Shown: positions 11,817-24,098 of the stretch, in pieces
Layout of the letters: the number at the start of each line of letters is the position of its first letter
Position numbering within the stretch: the stretch's first letter is position 1
NCBI RefSeq assembly: GCF_902713615.1
Contig: NC_052146.1
Span: forward strand, 144,377,875 to 144,441,874
Length of the DNA stretch: 64,000 bases
Source of the DNA: Scyliorhinus canicula
Taxonomy: Eukaryota
Direction of reading: 5' to 3'
Translations under genes and position numbers: made by a program
The notes under the pieces: generated by a model
The model's input: only the letters and a program-made list of their open reading frames with translations
Databases searched by the model: none
What the model was told of the DNA's origin: nothing

Positions 11817-12028
11817 TGGTCTGAATTAGCTCAGTGGCTAGGCAGCTGGTTTGTGATGCAGAACAAGGCCAACAGCATGGGTTCAATTCCTGTACCAGCT
11901 GAGAATTCGGAATTCTCTCTCTGTGTACCCGAACAGGCGCTGGAATGTGGCGACTCGGGGATTTTCACAGTAACTTCATTGCAGTGTTAATGTAAGCCTA
12001 CTTGTGACAATAAAGGTTATTTTATTTA
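11817..12028 (+). mobile_element. Short tRNA-derived SINE (AACAGGCGCCGGAATGTGGCGACT tail family)
   Basis: A-box TAGCTCAGTGG and B-box GGTTCAATTCC. The tail is shared with 13170-13357, 47915-48016, 51769-51945 and 59388-59557. Confidence 0.8.
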
Positions 12029-12489
12029 AATCAATCCAAGCGCTCCACTAAACTCGATTAGGTGGTAGCTGCAGATTGACTCAGAAGATGTAGACAGGAA
12101 CGTTGCCATTGGGGGAACTCTTCAAGTTGTTCCCAGGTTATGACCCTTCCCAGCAGCCCTGCTGACAAGAGGCACAATAGCTGAGTCCTAAAGTGGCCGA
12201 AGCACCACCTGCAGACATCCGGCTAGCACAGTCTTCTGAGGGGTTCTCATAAATTTCATAAAGTAGAGAAGTTCTGAAATATTACTATTAAATTGTAAGA
12301 GCCTGGAAACAAACAAGCTGCCTCCAGCTCTGCTGTAGCCACAAAGATACCAGCACCTAGAAGTATGAGAAAGAAAATGCTGAAACAGTCAGAGTTGCAC
12401 AAAATAATTCACCTGAGTGCAGCTTCTAACATGATTGTGGAATGATAGCCTTGTATTTCAAAGAGCTGCATCTTATTGTGTTAGAGGAA

Positions 12490-12983
12490 ACGTTGGCCTA
12501 CCCGTGATGCTCCACCTCCGATGGGCCAAGTTCCAGATGGCACAGACCACGTGTGGTCCTAGCGGTCATGAGTCTGGTATGCTGACTGCGGACAGTGTCC
12601 AGTGCTACCACACTCATCCGAGATCCTTGCCGCTGCCCAGGGGGCTTCTGCTATGGCTGGAGGGAGTGGTGGGGGGTGGCCAGGGCGTGGGCTGTGGGTC
12701 GGTGTGGATGGGTATGCAGTCCAGCAAGGCCAGTGCCATGTTTCCCGGCCCGACCGGTGGGGCTGTAGGCAAACGTTGCTTGTCAGCCCTGCGGATGCAA
12801 GGACTGGGATTGCCGATTTTCAAGCCGTTCTCCACTTGATCGCGGGTGTTCCACGATGTGCCAGTGCTCGCCCCTCACCAGTACAGGAATCGGTGAGAGA
12901 TTCATGCCTATTTTACCGTCGTGGAACACCACGGATTTACCACTGGCGCTGCCACTTAGCCTCAGAAGCGGAGAATCCAGCCC
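12490..12983. mobile_element. Harbinger-type MITE, one end retained
   Basis: Ends CACTTAGCC...GGAGAATCCAGCCC and is GC-rich. Confidence 0.65.
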
Positions 12984-13169
12984 CTTATCTCACTTTGTTT
13001 TTGATAATTTTGTAAGAAGAAGTTAATTCGTTCACCGAGCACTATGTGGGTGTTTTAATAGAGGGTTGCTAAAATAGATGTGTTTCAATCCAAACTGGTT
13101 GATGCAAGGACAATTTGACAAGCCAACAATTGCCCCACTCACTTCTACCTAGCTGTCTAAGCTTTATAG

Positions 13170-13357
13170 ATGAAAAGAAACGAAATTAAAATCGCTTATT
13201 GTCACAAGTAGGCTTCAAATGAAGTTACTGTGAAAAACCTCTAGCCGCCACATTCCAGCACCTGTTCGGGGAGGCTGGTACGGGAATTGAACCATGCTGC
13301 TGGCCTGCCTTGGTCTGCTATAAAAGCCAGTTCTTTATTCCTGTTCCAAACCACCCC
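13170..13357 (-). mobile_element. Short tRNA-derived SINE
   Basis: Reverse complement of the family at 51769-51945. Confidence 0.75.
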
Positions 13358-13589
13358 CAGATTCTTAAGGAATATGAAAATATGAAATATGCATACTCAA
13401 ACTATTCAATGTTATCATCAATAAATTATGAGAGTACTAAATGTCATCAAATATTTAATAATCCGAGGGACATGTTTTCAGCTGCTAATATTCAGACAGT
13501 TTTATATATTCACATTTATCATTGTGTAATGACAGGATTAATTACTAATCTAGTAAAGATTTTTTTAAATCTACCTGAGAAAAAATATT

Positions 13590-14345
13590 CACGGAAGAGT
13601 GATCATAATATGGTGAATTTTAAGTTGAGTTTGAGAGTGATATAATTAGCTATGGAACTAAGATCTCAAAGTCAAGTAAATCCAATTAAATGGCCACATG
13701 GGGTATGTTGACCAGGGAAGGTATGGAAATTATATTTGGTGAAATAATGCCAGTTAAGTAATGGTGAACATTTAAAGAAATAATTCATAATTTTCAAATA
13801 ATATATATTCCTTTAAAAATGAAATTCCCACAGGAAAATTGTCCAACCGTGGCAAACTAGAGAAACTAAGGATAGTATTAAATTAAAAGGGGAGGCTTGT
13901 AATGTTGCCAAAATGATAAGAAGCCTACCTGAGGGTCAGGGGATTTTATAATTCAGCAAAGGATGACCAAGAAATTGATCAACGTGGAAAAATAGAATCT
14001 AAGAGTAAATTGGTAAACCAAAATATTTTAAAAACAGACAATAAGGGCTTATGCAAATAAGTAAAAGAGAGAAGATTAGCAAAAAAAAGGTGCAGAACAA
14101 TGAAACAGTATTAATGGGAAATAAGGAGATAGTAGCGATACCAAACAAATATTTTGTATTGAACGTCATGATAAAAGAGAGATAAAAATGGAGACCCAAA
14201 GGACAATTTGGAGTGTGGAACGACTGAAGGGAATTAATGCGACTAAAAGCCAACATATCGCCTGAACCTGATGATGTATAACTTCGGGTTTTGATAGGGA
14301 TGGTTCAGGAAATGGTGACCTATTGATTTTGATCTTGCAAATTTC
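13590..14345 (+). mobile_element. Highly decayed CR1 ORF2 fragment
   Basis: Starts near SDHNMV.F and is collinear with CR1 ORF2 at 23015-23810. Confidence 0.6.
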
Positions 14346-14350
14346 ACAAG

Positions 14351-14560
14351 GTGGGATTTTCCAAACCCCCCCTCCCCATGGCACATTTTGCAATGTTGGA
14401 GGCAGCCCAGCATTGGCCAGCAGCAGGGTCTGTCGGTCCCACTGCTGTCAATGGGGTTTCCTGTTGTTCGTACCTCAACTACTGGGAAAACCATGGTTGG
14501 GGGTTGCCATCGGCAGTACAGGAAGATCCAGCCAGCAGGAATGGCAAGAAAATCCCACCC
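14351..14560. mobile_element. Short Harbinger-type MITE
   Basis: GTGGGATTTTC...GAAAATCCCAC inverted ends. Confidence 0.7.
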
Positions 14561-14574
14561 ACAGAATTGCTACA

Positions 14575-15320
14575 TTGTGGGAGGCTGCCATTTGGGCCAT
14601 TGTGTTTTACCAACTCTCCAAATGAGCATTACAACTTTAGTGCCATTTCTCGCCTTTTTCCCATACCCCTGCACATTGTTTCTATTCGAGTAATCATCTA
14701 ACATCCTCTTGAATGCCTCAACTGAACCTGCCTGCACCATACTTCCAGGTAGAGCGTACCAGCCCCGAACAACTCGTATGAAAAAGATTTTTCTCACATC
14801 ACAATTGCTTATTTTTCAAATCACTTCAAATCAGTGCCTTCCCATTCTTGATCCTTTTATGAGCGGGAACAGTTTCTTCTTATCTACTCTGTGCAGCCTC
14901 TTCATGATTTTGGACATCTCTATCAAATCTCCTCTTAGCTGCCGTCTCTCCAAGGAGAACATCTGTAACCTCTCCAATCTGTCCTCATAACTGAAGTTTC
15001 TCATAGCTGGAACCATTCATCTAAACCTCATCTGCTCTCTCTCCAAAGCATTCACATAGTGTGACGCCCAGAACTGTACACAATATTCCAGATGAGGTCT
15101 AACTAATGTCAATAGAGTCTCCTTGCTTTTGTACTCCATGCTCATTTTAATAAAGCCCAGAATACTACATGCTTTATTAACTTTATTCCATCTGTCCTGC
15201 CACCTTTAATGATTTATGCACACATATACCCAGGTCCCTCTGCTCCTGCACCCCCTTAGGAATTTTATCTCTTATTTTATCTTGTCTCTCCATGTTCTTC
15301 CTCCCAAAATGCATACTTCT
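14575..15320 (-). mobile_element. CR1 LINE 3' fragment
   Basis: Minus-strand frames give SYEDRLERLQMFSLERRQLRGDLIE and RKIFFIRVVRGWYALP, the CR1 ORF2 C-terminus. Confidence 0.85.
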
Positions 15321-15537
15321 CTGCATTCAACTTCAATTCCCGAGATTCTTGACTCTCTTTATGAATTGGAAGGCAGAATATGGCCACTGTGTCATTAAGA
15401 AATTTCAGCCTTTCCAAAGGGAATCAGCATTCTTAAAACTAAAGCTAGCCCATTTAGCAGTGACATTTCAAAGCTTTTTAGCAGACAAAGGGTATAACAA
15501 TCTGGAACTCATTGCCTCAAAAGGTTGTGAATTCAAA

Positions 15538-15875
15538 CCATAGAATCCCTACAGTGCAGAAGGAGACCATTCGGGCCATCGAGTCTGCACGGACTCTCTG
15601 TAAAAGCACGCCACCCAGGCCCACTACCCTACCTATCTTTGTAACCCTGATTGACCCGCACATCTTTGGCCACTAACGGACAATTTATCATCGCCAATTC
15701 ACCTAACCTGCACATCTTTGGGATGTGGTAGGAAACAGGAGCACCCGGAGGAAACCCACGAAGACACAGGGAGAATGTGCAAACTCCACACAGACGGTCA
15801 TCCAAAGTTGGAATAGAGCTCAGGTCCCTGGCGCTGTGAGGCAGCAATGATAAATATTGCTCCACCACGCTGCCC
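15538..15875 (-). mobile_element. HE1-type V-SINE
   Basis: V-domain GGTTTCCTCCGGGTGCTCC and a CR1-like tail. Confidence 0.85.
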
Positions 15876-16049
15876 AGTTCTGAGTCAATTGATATTTTAT
15901 AGGCCACGATCAACAGTTATTTATTGTTATCGGAACAAAGAAGAGATAGGAACAAAGAAGAGATCGTTTTATTAAGATACAATTCGGCTATGTCCTAACT
16001 AAATTGTGAATACAGGCTACCTGATTCGACAGCATAAAGTAAAAGTTCT

Positions 16050-16496
16050 TTGTTCTTTGAAGGAATCACATATGCTGTGGATAAAGGGGAATTAGAACTG
16101 TACTTAGATTTCCAGAAGGCATCTGATACTGTATTGTGTCCAGTATTGATCTCCTTCTTTAAGGAAAATGTAAATAGTTTAGAAGCAGTTCAGAGAAGGT
16201 TTACTAATTGCAGAAATGAAAAAGCAAATTACTGTGGATGTTGGAATCTTAAACAAAATACTGGACAATCTCAGCAGTTCTGACAGCATCTGTGGAGAGA
16301 GAAGGGAGCTAATGTTGAGAGTCTCGATGACTATTTGTCAAAGATTGTCCAATATTTTCTGTTTTAATTACAGGAATGGGTGAGTTATATTTTGAGGAAA
16401 GCTTGGAGAGGTTATGTTTGTGTCCACTAGAGTTTAGAAGTGTAAGAGGTGACTTGATCGAAAGCTTAAAGATACTGAGGGTTATTGATAGGCTAG
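16050..16496 (+). mobile_element. Decayed CR1 RT pieces with a nested Penelope pLTR-like fragment (about 16220-16367)
   Basis: YLDFQKA, LEAVQRRFT and LEFRSVRGDLIE motifs, interrupted by CTCAGCAG.TCTGACAGCATCTGTGGAGAG. Confidence 0.7.
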
Positions 16497-16768
16497 TTGG
16501 CATCGGCCCCCTAGCACCTGCCATCCCCATCTCCCCCAACCCACTGACCCCTCGGACAGTAACTCAGCACCTGGCTCCTGTTCCGCCCAGCGACTCTGCA
16601 CCTGGCACCACCAGCCCCTGCACAAAGCCATACCTATGCTTCAGCACACTATGACAACCACTAGCAAATCCCACCCATGCCACCTGTCCCCTGCCATGTT
16701 GCCCCACCCCCCGATACCTGTGAAGCATGCAGCGTTCAGCTCATGATGCCCCCTCTGTATCCCCGCAG

Positions 16769-18240
16769 GAGAAGTTGGTGCACAATTTGCGGGAAATGGC
16801 CCAGATGGGTGGCGGGTTGCCTGGACCTCAGGGTCCTCATCCTCTACGAAGAACAAGGACTGCAGGTCATGAGGGTGGTCGAGAATAGATTGAATGCTGA
16901 TATCAAGGTCGGCCTGCATAGCAGAGAGAAGTATCCATCAGCATCCACTCAGATGACTTGTTACACGTGAGTTGTTCATTGCAGCTTGATGACTCTTCCC
17001 TCTCACTGACCACATGCCGCTTCTACCACAGGATCTCCATCGGATGGTGCAGGTCCATCCAGGGCGGCCTCTCCCGCTGCCATCCAAGAGAGCATCTTAG
17101 AGGAGAGCTCCCCAGCTGCCACCGTCGGGCGTCACAGCTGTCATTCCCACCCTCCACCAACGTAAAGATGCACACCTCGGTGGGTGAACGTAATGGACAA
17201 GCTTCTGGGCCACATTCACGAAAGCACCACACCATTTCTGATGCACATCAGGGAGAGGCAGGAATGTCCAGGGGAGACAGCAGTCGAAGGTCTGCTGGAT
17301 TCTGGAACCCAGCTGGGTCCCAGTCAGATGCTGAGCCAGTGGACCAGGCTATCCTGCAACTGATGCAGTCGATAGATTGAAGCCGTGAGATTTTGAAGGG
17401 GATTTCAGTGACACTCCAGCAGGTTAATAGCCGATTGGCAGAGTCTCAAAGGCTAACGGCACAGGAGATGGTGCCAGCAATGCGTAGCACCGAGGCCAAA
17501 TGTGTTTGGGTGCCTATCATAGTGGAGATTCTGGAGCACAACGTCAGGACCATGAATGGCAGCGTCCAAGGTGTTGCTCAGTCAGTGACGACCATGGCTG
17601 TGTGCCCCGACATCATGTCCTAGGTGCTGGAAGACTTTTCCAAGGCACTGTGGAGCATGCCCCAGTCTCAGGAGGGCATTGCCGAAGCACTGCGGAGCAT
17701 GCCCCAGATGCTGTGTGTTGCGGGTTGGGGGGGGGGGGGGGGAATGTCCCAGATGCTGGGGCATGTGTACCAGTCTCAGGTGGACCTTGCTGGGGCGCTG
17801 AGTATCATGACCCAGAGGCAGGCAGACAGACATTGGTGAGGCCCTGTAGAGTTGGCCCGGTCACAGAGGAGCATCCTGGAGCCATTGACACCATGGTGCG
17901 GACATTGGGGAGCCACCAGAGCTGGCAGAGCGTGATGATGTAAAGGCATCCGGAGCTTAATCCAGCTGCCCCTCGAGACCCCCAGGGCCTTACGGGAGGA
18001 GGGAGCGGTGGAGTCCCACCATCCTACAGAGAGACGGTCTCCCGAGTCCACCCCCCTCCTGATAACAACGCATCTCGGTGTCAGCGTGCAGAACAGGTTG
18101 ACCAAACATGTGCCACCGCCCAATCGGCAGGGTCCCTCTGGGCCCAGGCCCTCCAGTGAATGCCTGTCAGGGCATCAAAGGCCACAGGACATGCAGGCTG
18201 CCGAACGTCTGATGAGTATCCTGGGGACAACCTAGACGTA
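16769..18240 (+). pseudogene. Harbinger Myb/SANT partner gene, downstream exons (NAIF1-like)
   Basis: After acceptor ccccgcAG (16767-16768) it reads EKLVHNLREMAQMGGG, then after a frameshift DLRVLILYEEQGLQV. A second acceptor ttctaccacAG (17030-17031) has branch-like CACTGAC. A low-complexity region and a heptad-repeat region follow. Confidence 0.7.
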
Positions 18241-18397
18241 AAGGTAGAACACGGAGAGTTGAGCACAGTGAGACTCACTGATAGGGCACTGGGGCTGGGA
18301 AGTGGGAGGGTGGTGGGAGGCACACCAACGGGGCTCGGGTCAGTCGGGGTCACTATTATAGTTGTACACTATTAAAACACTTACACCTAAGAAATAT

Positions 18398-18745
18398 GGG
18401 GCAGCACGGTAGCATTGTGGTTAGCACAAATGCTTCACAGCTCCAGGATCCCAGGTTCGAATCCCGGCTTGGGTCACTGTCTGTGTGGAGTCTGCACGTT
18501 CTCCCCGTGTGCGCGTGGGTTTCCTCCGGGTGCTCCGGTTTCCTCCCACAGTCCAAAGATGTGCAGGTTAGGTGGATTGGCCATGATAAATTGCCCTTAG
18601 GGTCCAAATTGCCCTTAGTGTTAGGTGGGGTTACTGGGTTATGGGGATAGGGTGGAGGTATGGGCTTGGGTAGGGTGCTCTTTCCAAGAGCTGGTGCAGA
18701 CTTGATGGGCCGAATGGCCTCCTTCTACACTGTAAATTCTATAAT
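18398..18745 (+). mobile_element. HE1-type V-SINE
   Basis: GGGGCAGCACGGTAGCA head, B-box GGTTCGAATCCC, V-domain and CR1-like tail. Confidence 0.93.
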
Positions 18746-19003
18746 ATTCCACAATGCGTGCTGCCCTGCATGCCTCCCTACACTCCCCAGGTCAGACTAT
18801 GGCATAGATTGAGGAGCACCAGGGCTCAGCTCACAGTGGGTTATCATCACCATCCTCAGTGCCGACACAGGTCTATCACCCTGGAGCGATGTAACAGAGA
18901 CCCTGGGAGGCTGGTGCGGAAGGTGGTGGGGGGGGGGGGGGCACGGTTGTGGGACACAGTGGTGGGATGGGGAGAGGGGGTGCGATGCTGCACAAATCCA
19001 CGA

Positions 19004-19700
19004 CCTGTGTGAAGTGGGCAAGGATGATGACCTTCCTGGTCCTCCAGGCATGCGGGAACACTCGTCGCTGCCGCCTGTCCTCCATCCTCCAACTGGTCCC
19101 CTGGATCCTACCCGGGCTCGTCCTCCAGCCCTTCCTGGTCCGGCTCCTCCTCCTCGGTGGCCACATGTTCCTCCTCCTCCACCCCCAGCATGCTGCCCCG
19201 CTGCTGTGCCAAGCTGTTGAGGGCGCAACAGGCCACCACAAAGCGGGCAACCCTCCAAGGTGTGTACTGCAGTCACCACCAGAGTGGTTGAGGCATCAGA
19301 CCCATATTTTCAGCAGTCGGATACACCGCTCAATGCCAGTCTGGGTGGCCACATGGGCCTCTTTATATCGGGTCTCCGCATCGGTCACCGACCACCGTAT
19401 CAGTGTCATTAGCCAGGACCTAAGCGGATACTGCTTATCACCCAAGAGCAATCCTGTCACCCTAGGGTGTCCCTCAAAGTTGCCGGGGATCTCCAAGAAT
19501 CGCAGAATGTAGCTGTCATGCAGACTCCCTGGGAAGCGCGCACACAAGTGCATGACCTTTAGGTGGCGGGACGTTCAGAGACATACAAGGAGTGGAACCC
19601 CAGCCTGTCGATGAAGGGTGCTCCCGGACTGCTCGACGTGTGCAAGGCAACATGCATGCCATCTATGACCGCCTGGACCTGGGGCATCCCAGTGATGCCC
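19004..19700 (-). pseudogene. Harbinger transposase (HARBI1-like, DDE_Tnp_4), C-terminal half
   Basis: Motifs: GMPQVQAVIDGMHVA; FIDRLGFHSL; CARFPGSLHDSYIL; LLGDKQYPLRSWLMT; AHVATQTGIERCIRLLK; LQYTPWRVARFVVACCALN; acidic tail. Frameshifted. Confidence 0.92.
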
Positions 19701-19730
19701 ATGCATCACTGATGATAATCAAATCATCAT

Positions 19731-20085
19731 GGGGCAGCACGGTAGCATAGTGGTTAGCTCAATTACTTCACAGTTCGAGGGTCCCAGGTTCGATTCCCGA
19801 CTGGGTCACTGTCTGTGCGGAGTCTGCACATTCTCCCCGTGTGTGCGTGGGTTTTCTCCGGGTGCTCCGGTTTTCTCCCACAGTTCAAAGATGTGCGGGT
19901 TAGGTGGATTAGCCATGCTAAATAGCCCTTAGTGTCCAAAAAAAAGGTTTAATTGGGGGTTGCTGGGTTGCGGGGATAGGGTAGATTCATGAGCTTGAGT
20001 GGGTTGCTCTTTGTAAGGGCCGGTGCAGACTCGATGGGCCGAATGGCCTCCTTCTGCACTGTAAATTCTATGATTCTATGATTGT
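19731..20085 (+). mobile_element. HE1-type V-SINE
   Basis: Same structure as 18398, with an (ATTCTATG)n tail. Confidence 0.93.
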
Positions 20086-20171
20086 ATGAAATAAAACTAG
20101 AAGAAACCAGCAAGAAAGAGCAAGGTAAGGTGTTGGGGCATGCCTGAAATAAGCTAAAAAGTGCATTTAGT

Positions 20172-20400
20172 GGGCGGCACAGTGGCACAGGTTAGCCCTG
20201 CTGCCTCACAGCGCCGAGGTCTCAGGTTTGATCCTGACTCTAAGTCACTATCCATGTGGAGTTTGCACATTCTTCCCGTGTTTGCGTGGGTTTCGCCCCA
20301 CAACCCAAAGATGTGCTGTGCAGGTTAGGTGGGTTGGCCACGCTAAATTTCCCCTTAATTGGAAAAGATGAATTGGGTACGCTAAATTTTTTTTTTTAAA
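20172..20400 (+). mobile_element. Short HE1-related SINE variant
   Basis: tRNA-like head, shortened V-domain and CCCCTTAATTGGAAAA tail. Same family as 25545, 50559 and 63548. Confidence 0.85.
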
Positions 20401-21184
20401 TTACATTTAAAAAACTTACATTTCAGAGTTTACTTAAGCATGCAGAACTTTTTATTTCTATTTCAGATGCACTTAATGCATGCTGGGAGAAAGGCTAGAA
20501 AGTGCAACAATTTTTTGCTTTCAATAGTTGTGATTTGTGCCGGAAACATTTCTGGCACAGATAAAATCCTTTCCATCTATTGTGCTCGTGCCAGCACTCG
20601 AGGAAGTGACACCCTCTTATGTTTCAAGGATTTATTGAATGCTTTCACATGAAGTACCATGGGTTCTGCTTCAACATTACATTTTGACAGGGCACGCCAT
20701 AGCCCTCAAACCATAAATGTTTTCAGGACAACAGGAGGCCATTCACTTCATTGTGCCTGTCCTGGCTATTCCATCATATAATGAAAATGAATGCCAGTCT
20801 GTCCCCTCTCCATAGGCTTCCATCTGCTGTAAATATGTATCGATTTATTTTTCTCTTAAAAGGTGCAATGGTCTTTGCATTCACCATTCCTTATTGCAAA
20901 GAATCTCATGTTAACTACCTACTTTGTAAAATTAAATGTCAGCCTCGAGCTTCACATTGACAGTTGCCGAAACAACTGTCTATCCCGAACTATTGAATCT
21001 CCTATGATTATGCAATTCTGTACTCTGTTCTGCATCCCTGTGTAATTATTTGTCCAATGCTTCTGTGATTGTGCTTTAGGCTGCACTCGCTGTGGTGTCA
21101 TCACCCTCACAGTCTGAATGTGCTACACTCCTGGAAGATTCCTATATTCCCTCCCTCTTTCATTACTGCTGGGTGACCATCCAA

Positions 21185-21328
21185 TTATTATCTCTTTGAC
21201 AAAGAGTCATCCAGACTTGAAACATTAGCTCCGTTTTCTCTCCACAGATGCTGTCAGACCTGCTGAGATGGTCCAGTATTTTCTGTTTTTGTTTCAGATT
21301 CCAGCATCCACAGTAATTTGCTTTTATC
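21185..21328 (+). repeat. Penelope pLTR-like fragment with a decayed hammerhead motif
   Basis: TTGACAAAGAGTCATCCAGACTTGAAACATTAGCTC followed by TCTCCACAGATGCTGTCAGACCTGCTGAG. Confidence 0.75.
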
Positions 21329-21334
21329 AATCAG

Positions 21335-24098
21335 ACCAAGGCATGGTCTGCTCCTCTTGCTCCATGTGGCAGGCTGAGGACAGTTCCAGTCCCCAGGGTC
21401 AGCATGTGTGCAGGAAGTATCTCCAGTTACAGCTCCTGGAAGCTTGAGTTTCAGAGCTGGAGCGGCAGCTGGAGACACTGTGGAGAATCTGCGAGCCAGA
21501 TAGTATCGTGGATAGCAGGTATAGAGAGGTGGTCACACCGCAGGCTCAGACTCTGCAGGCAGGAAGGGAATGGGTGACCACCAGACAGAGCAAGAGAGCG
21601 AGGAAGGTAGTGCAGGAATCTCCTGTGGCCATTCCCCTGCAGAACAGATATACCACTTTGGATACTTTTGAGGCGGGTTGGTTCTGCTGCAGAGGGGAGG
21701 GGTAATAAGTGTGACAGTGCAATAGTTATAGGGGATTCAATTGTAAAGGGAACAGACAGGCATTTCTGTGGCCGCAAACAAGACTCCAGGATGGTATGTT
21801 GCCTCCCTGGTGCTAGGGTCAAGGATGTCTCGGAGCAGGTACAGGACATTCTGGAGGGGGAGGGTGAACAGCCAGTGGTCGTGGTACACATCAGTACAAA
21901 CGACATAGGTAAAAAAAAAGGATGAGGTCCTAAAGGCAGAATACAGGGAGCTAGGAAGGAAGTTAAGAAATCGGACCTCAAAGGTAGTGATCTCAGGATT
22001 ACTACTGGTGCCACGTGCTGGTCAGAGTAGAAATGACAGGATATATTGGATAACTACGTGGTTGAAGAGATGGTGTCAGGGGGAGGGTTTCAGATTCCTG
22101 GGGCATTAGGACCGGTTCTGGGGGAGGTGGGACCTGTACAAACTGGACGGGTTACACCTGGGCAGGACTGGAACTGATGTCCGAGGGGGGCTATTTGCTA
22201 GAGTGGTTGGGGAGGGTTTAAAATACAATACCGGGGGGGGGGGGTGGGAACCTATGCAAGGAGTCAGAGAAAGAGGGAGCAAGTACAAAAGCAAAAGGTA
22301 GAAAAGTGAATAAGGAAAGTGATAGGTGGAGAAACCAAAGACAAAATTCAAACAGGGCAGTAGAGAAAAATATTGGGAGCAAGACAAGCATTGTGAAAAA
22401 GACAAACTTAAAGGCTCTGTGCCTTAATGCATGGAGCATTTGCAATAAAGTGGATTAACTAATCGCGTAGATAGATATAAATGTGTATGATATAATTGGG
22501 ATTACGGAGACATGGCTGCAGGGTGAACAGGGATTGGAACTGAATGTCCCAGGGTTCTCAGTATTTCGGAAGGACAGGCATAAAAGAAAAGGTGGTGGCG
22601 TGGCGCTGCTGGTTAAAGAGGAAATTAATGCAATAGTGAGAAACGATATTAGTTCTGACAATGTGGAATCTGTATGGGTAGAGTTGAGAAATACCAAGGG
22701 AGAAAAAACATTAGTGGGTGTCATATATAGACCCCCAAACTGCACTGGTGAGTTTGGGAATGGCATTAAACAAGAAATTAGTGATGCATGTAATAAGGGA
22801 ATATCGGTGATCATGGGTGATTTTAATCTTCATATAGATTGGGCACATCAAATTAGCCACAATGCCATAGAGGAGGAATTCCTGGAGTGTATACGGGATG
22901 GTTTTCTTGACCAGTATGTGGAGGAACCAACTAGAGAGCAGGCCATTTTAGACTGGGTACTGTGCAATGAAAAGGGAATTATTGCCAATCTGGCTGTACG
23001 AGACCCTTTGGGGATGAGCGACCATGACATGATAGAATTTTTTATCAAGATGGAGTGTGAAGTAATTGATTCGGAGACTAGGGTGCTGAAGCTTAATAAA
23101 GGGAACTATGAGGATATGAGGCGTGAGTTGGCCTTGATAGATTGGGGAGAGTTACGTAAAGGGATGACAGTGGACAGACAATGGCAAACATTGAAGGAAT
23201 GCATGGAGGAACTACAGCAACTGTTCATTCCCGTCATAAGAGGGGTAAGAGGGCCAATCCATGGCTTACAAAGGAAATTAGAAATAGAATCCGATCCAAG
23301 GAAGAAGAACACAGATTGGCCAAGGAAAATAACAGGTCTGAGGATTGGGAGCAGTTTAGAATTCAGCAAAGAAGGACGAAGGGATTGATTAAGAAGGGGA
23401 AAGTACAGTACGAAAGGAAGGTTGCAAGGAACATAAAGACTGACACTAAGAGTTTCTACAGATATGTGAAGAGAAAGAGATTGGTAAAGAAAAATGTAGG
23501 CCCCCTACAGACAGAAACAGGGTAATGCACAATAAGGGACAAAGAAACGGCTGAGCAATTGAATACATACTTTGGTTCTGTCTTCACAAATTAGGACACA
23601 AATCAGATCCCAGGAATGTTGGAGAATGAAAGGTTTAGTGAGAGGGAAGAACTGAGGCAGATCAACATTAGTAGAGAAATGGTGCTGGGAAAACTGATGG
23701 GATTAAAGGCGGATCAATCCCCAAGGCCTGAGAATCTGCATCCCAGTGTGCTTAAGGAGGTGGCTCTGGAAATAGCCGATCCTTTGGTGGTTGCATTGGT
23801 GGTCATCTTCCGGGATTCTATAAACTCTGGAACTGTCCCTACAGATTGGAGGGTAGCTCACATCACTCCGATATTCAAAAATGGAGGTAGAGAGAAATCA
23901 GGGAATTATAGACCAGTAAGCCTAATATTGGTAGTGGGGAAAATGCTTGAATCCATTATCAAGGACTTTATAGCGGAACATTTCGAAAGCAGTGGCAGGA
24001 TCAGTCAGAGTCAGCATGAATTTATGAAGGGAAAATCATGCTTCACAAATCTGTTGGAATTCTTTGAAGAGATAATCACTACAGTCGACAAGGGGGAG
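21335..24098 (+). mobile_element. CR1 LINE with ORF1 (zinc finger, SGNH esterase) and ORF2 (AP endonuclease, start of RT); decayed and 3'-truncated
   Basis: Motifs: CSSCSMW..VCRK; IVIGDSIVKG..CCLPGARV..VVVVHISTND; DGLHL; DIIGITETWL, VIYRPPN, IMGDFN, SDH; NYRPVSL, KGKSCFTNLLEFFE. Multiple stops and frameshifts. Confidence 0.95.

Larger units (their letters stand above)
16497..19712. mobile_element. Core of an autonomous-type PIF/Harbinger transposon (convergent Myb-like and transposase genes); termini lost
   Basis: Plus-strand Myb-like partner exons and a minus-strand DDE transposase lie tail to tail, with an HE1 SINE between them. Confidence 0.85.

Noticed and set aside
18396-18650. Recurrent 'MGQHGSIV...CRLGGLAM' peptides suggesting a multigene family
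   Set aside because: These are translations of HE1 SINE copies in varying frames.
19004-19700. Domesticated host HARBI1 gene
   Set aside because: Frameshifted, truncated, and paired with a decayed Myb-like gene inside an intron, so it is a transposon relic.
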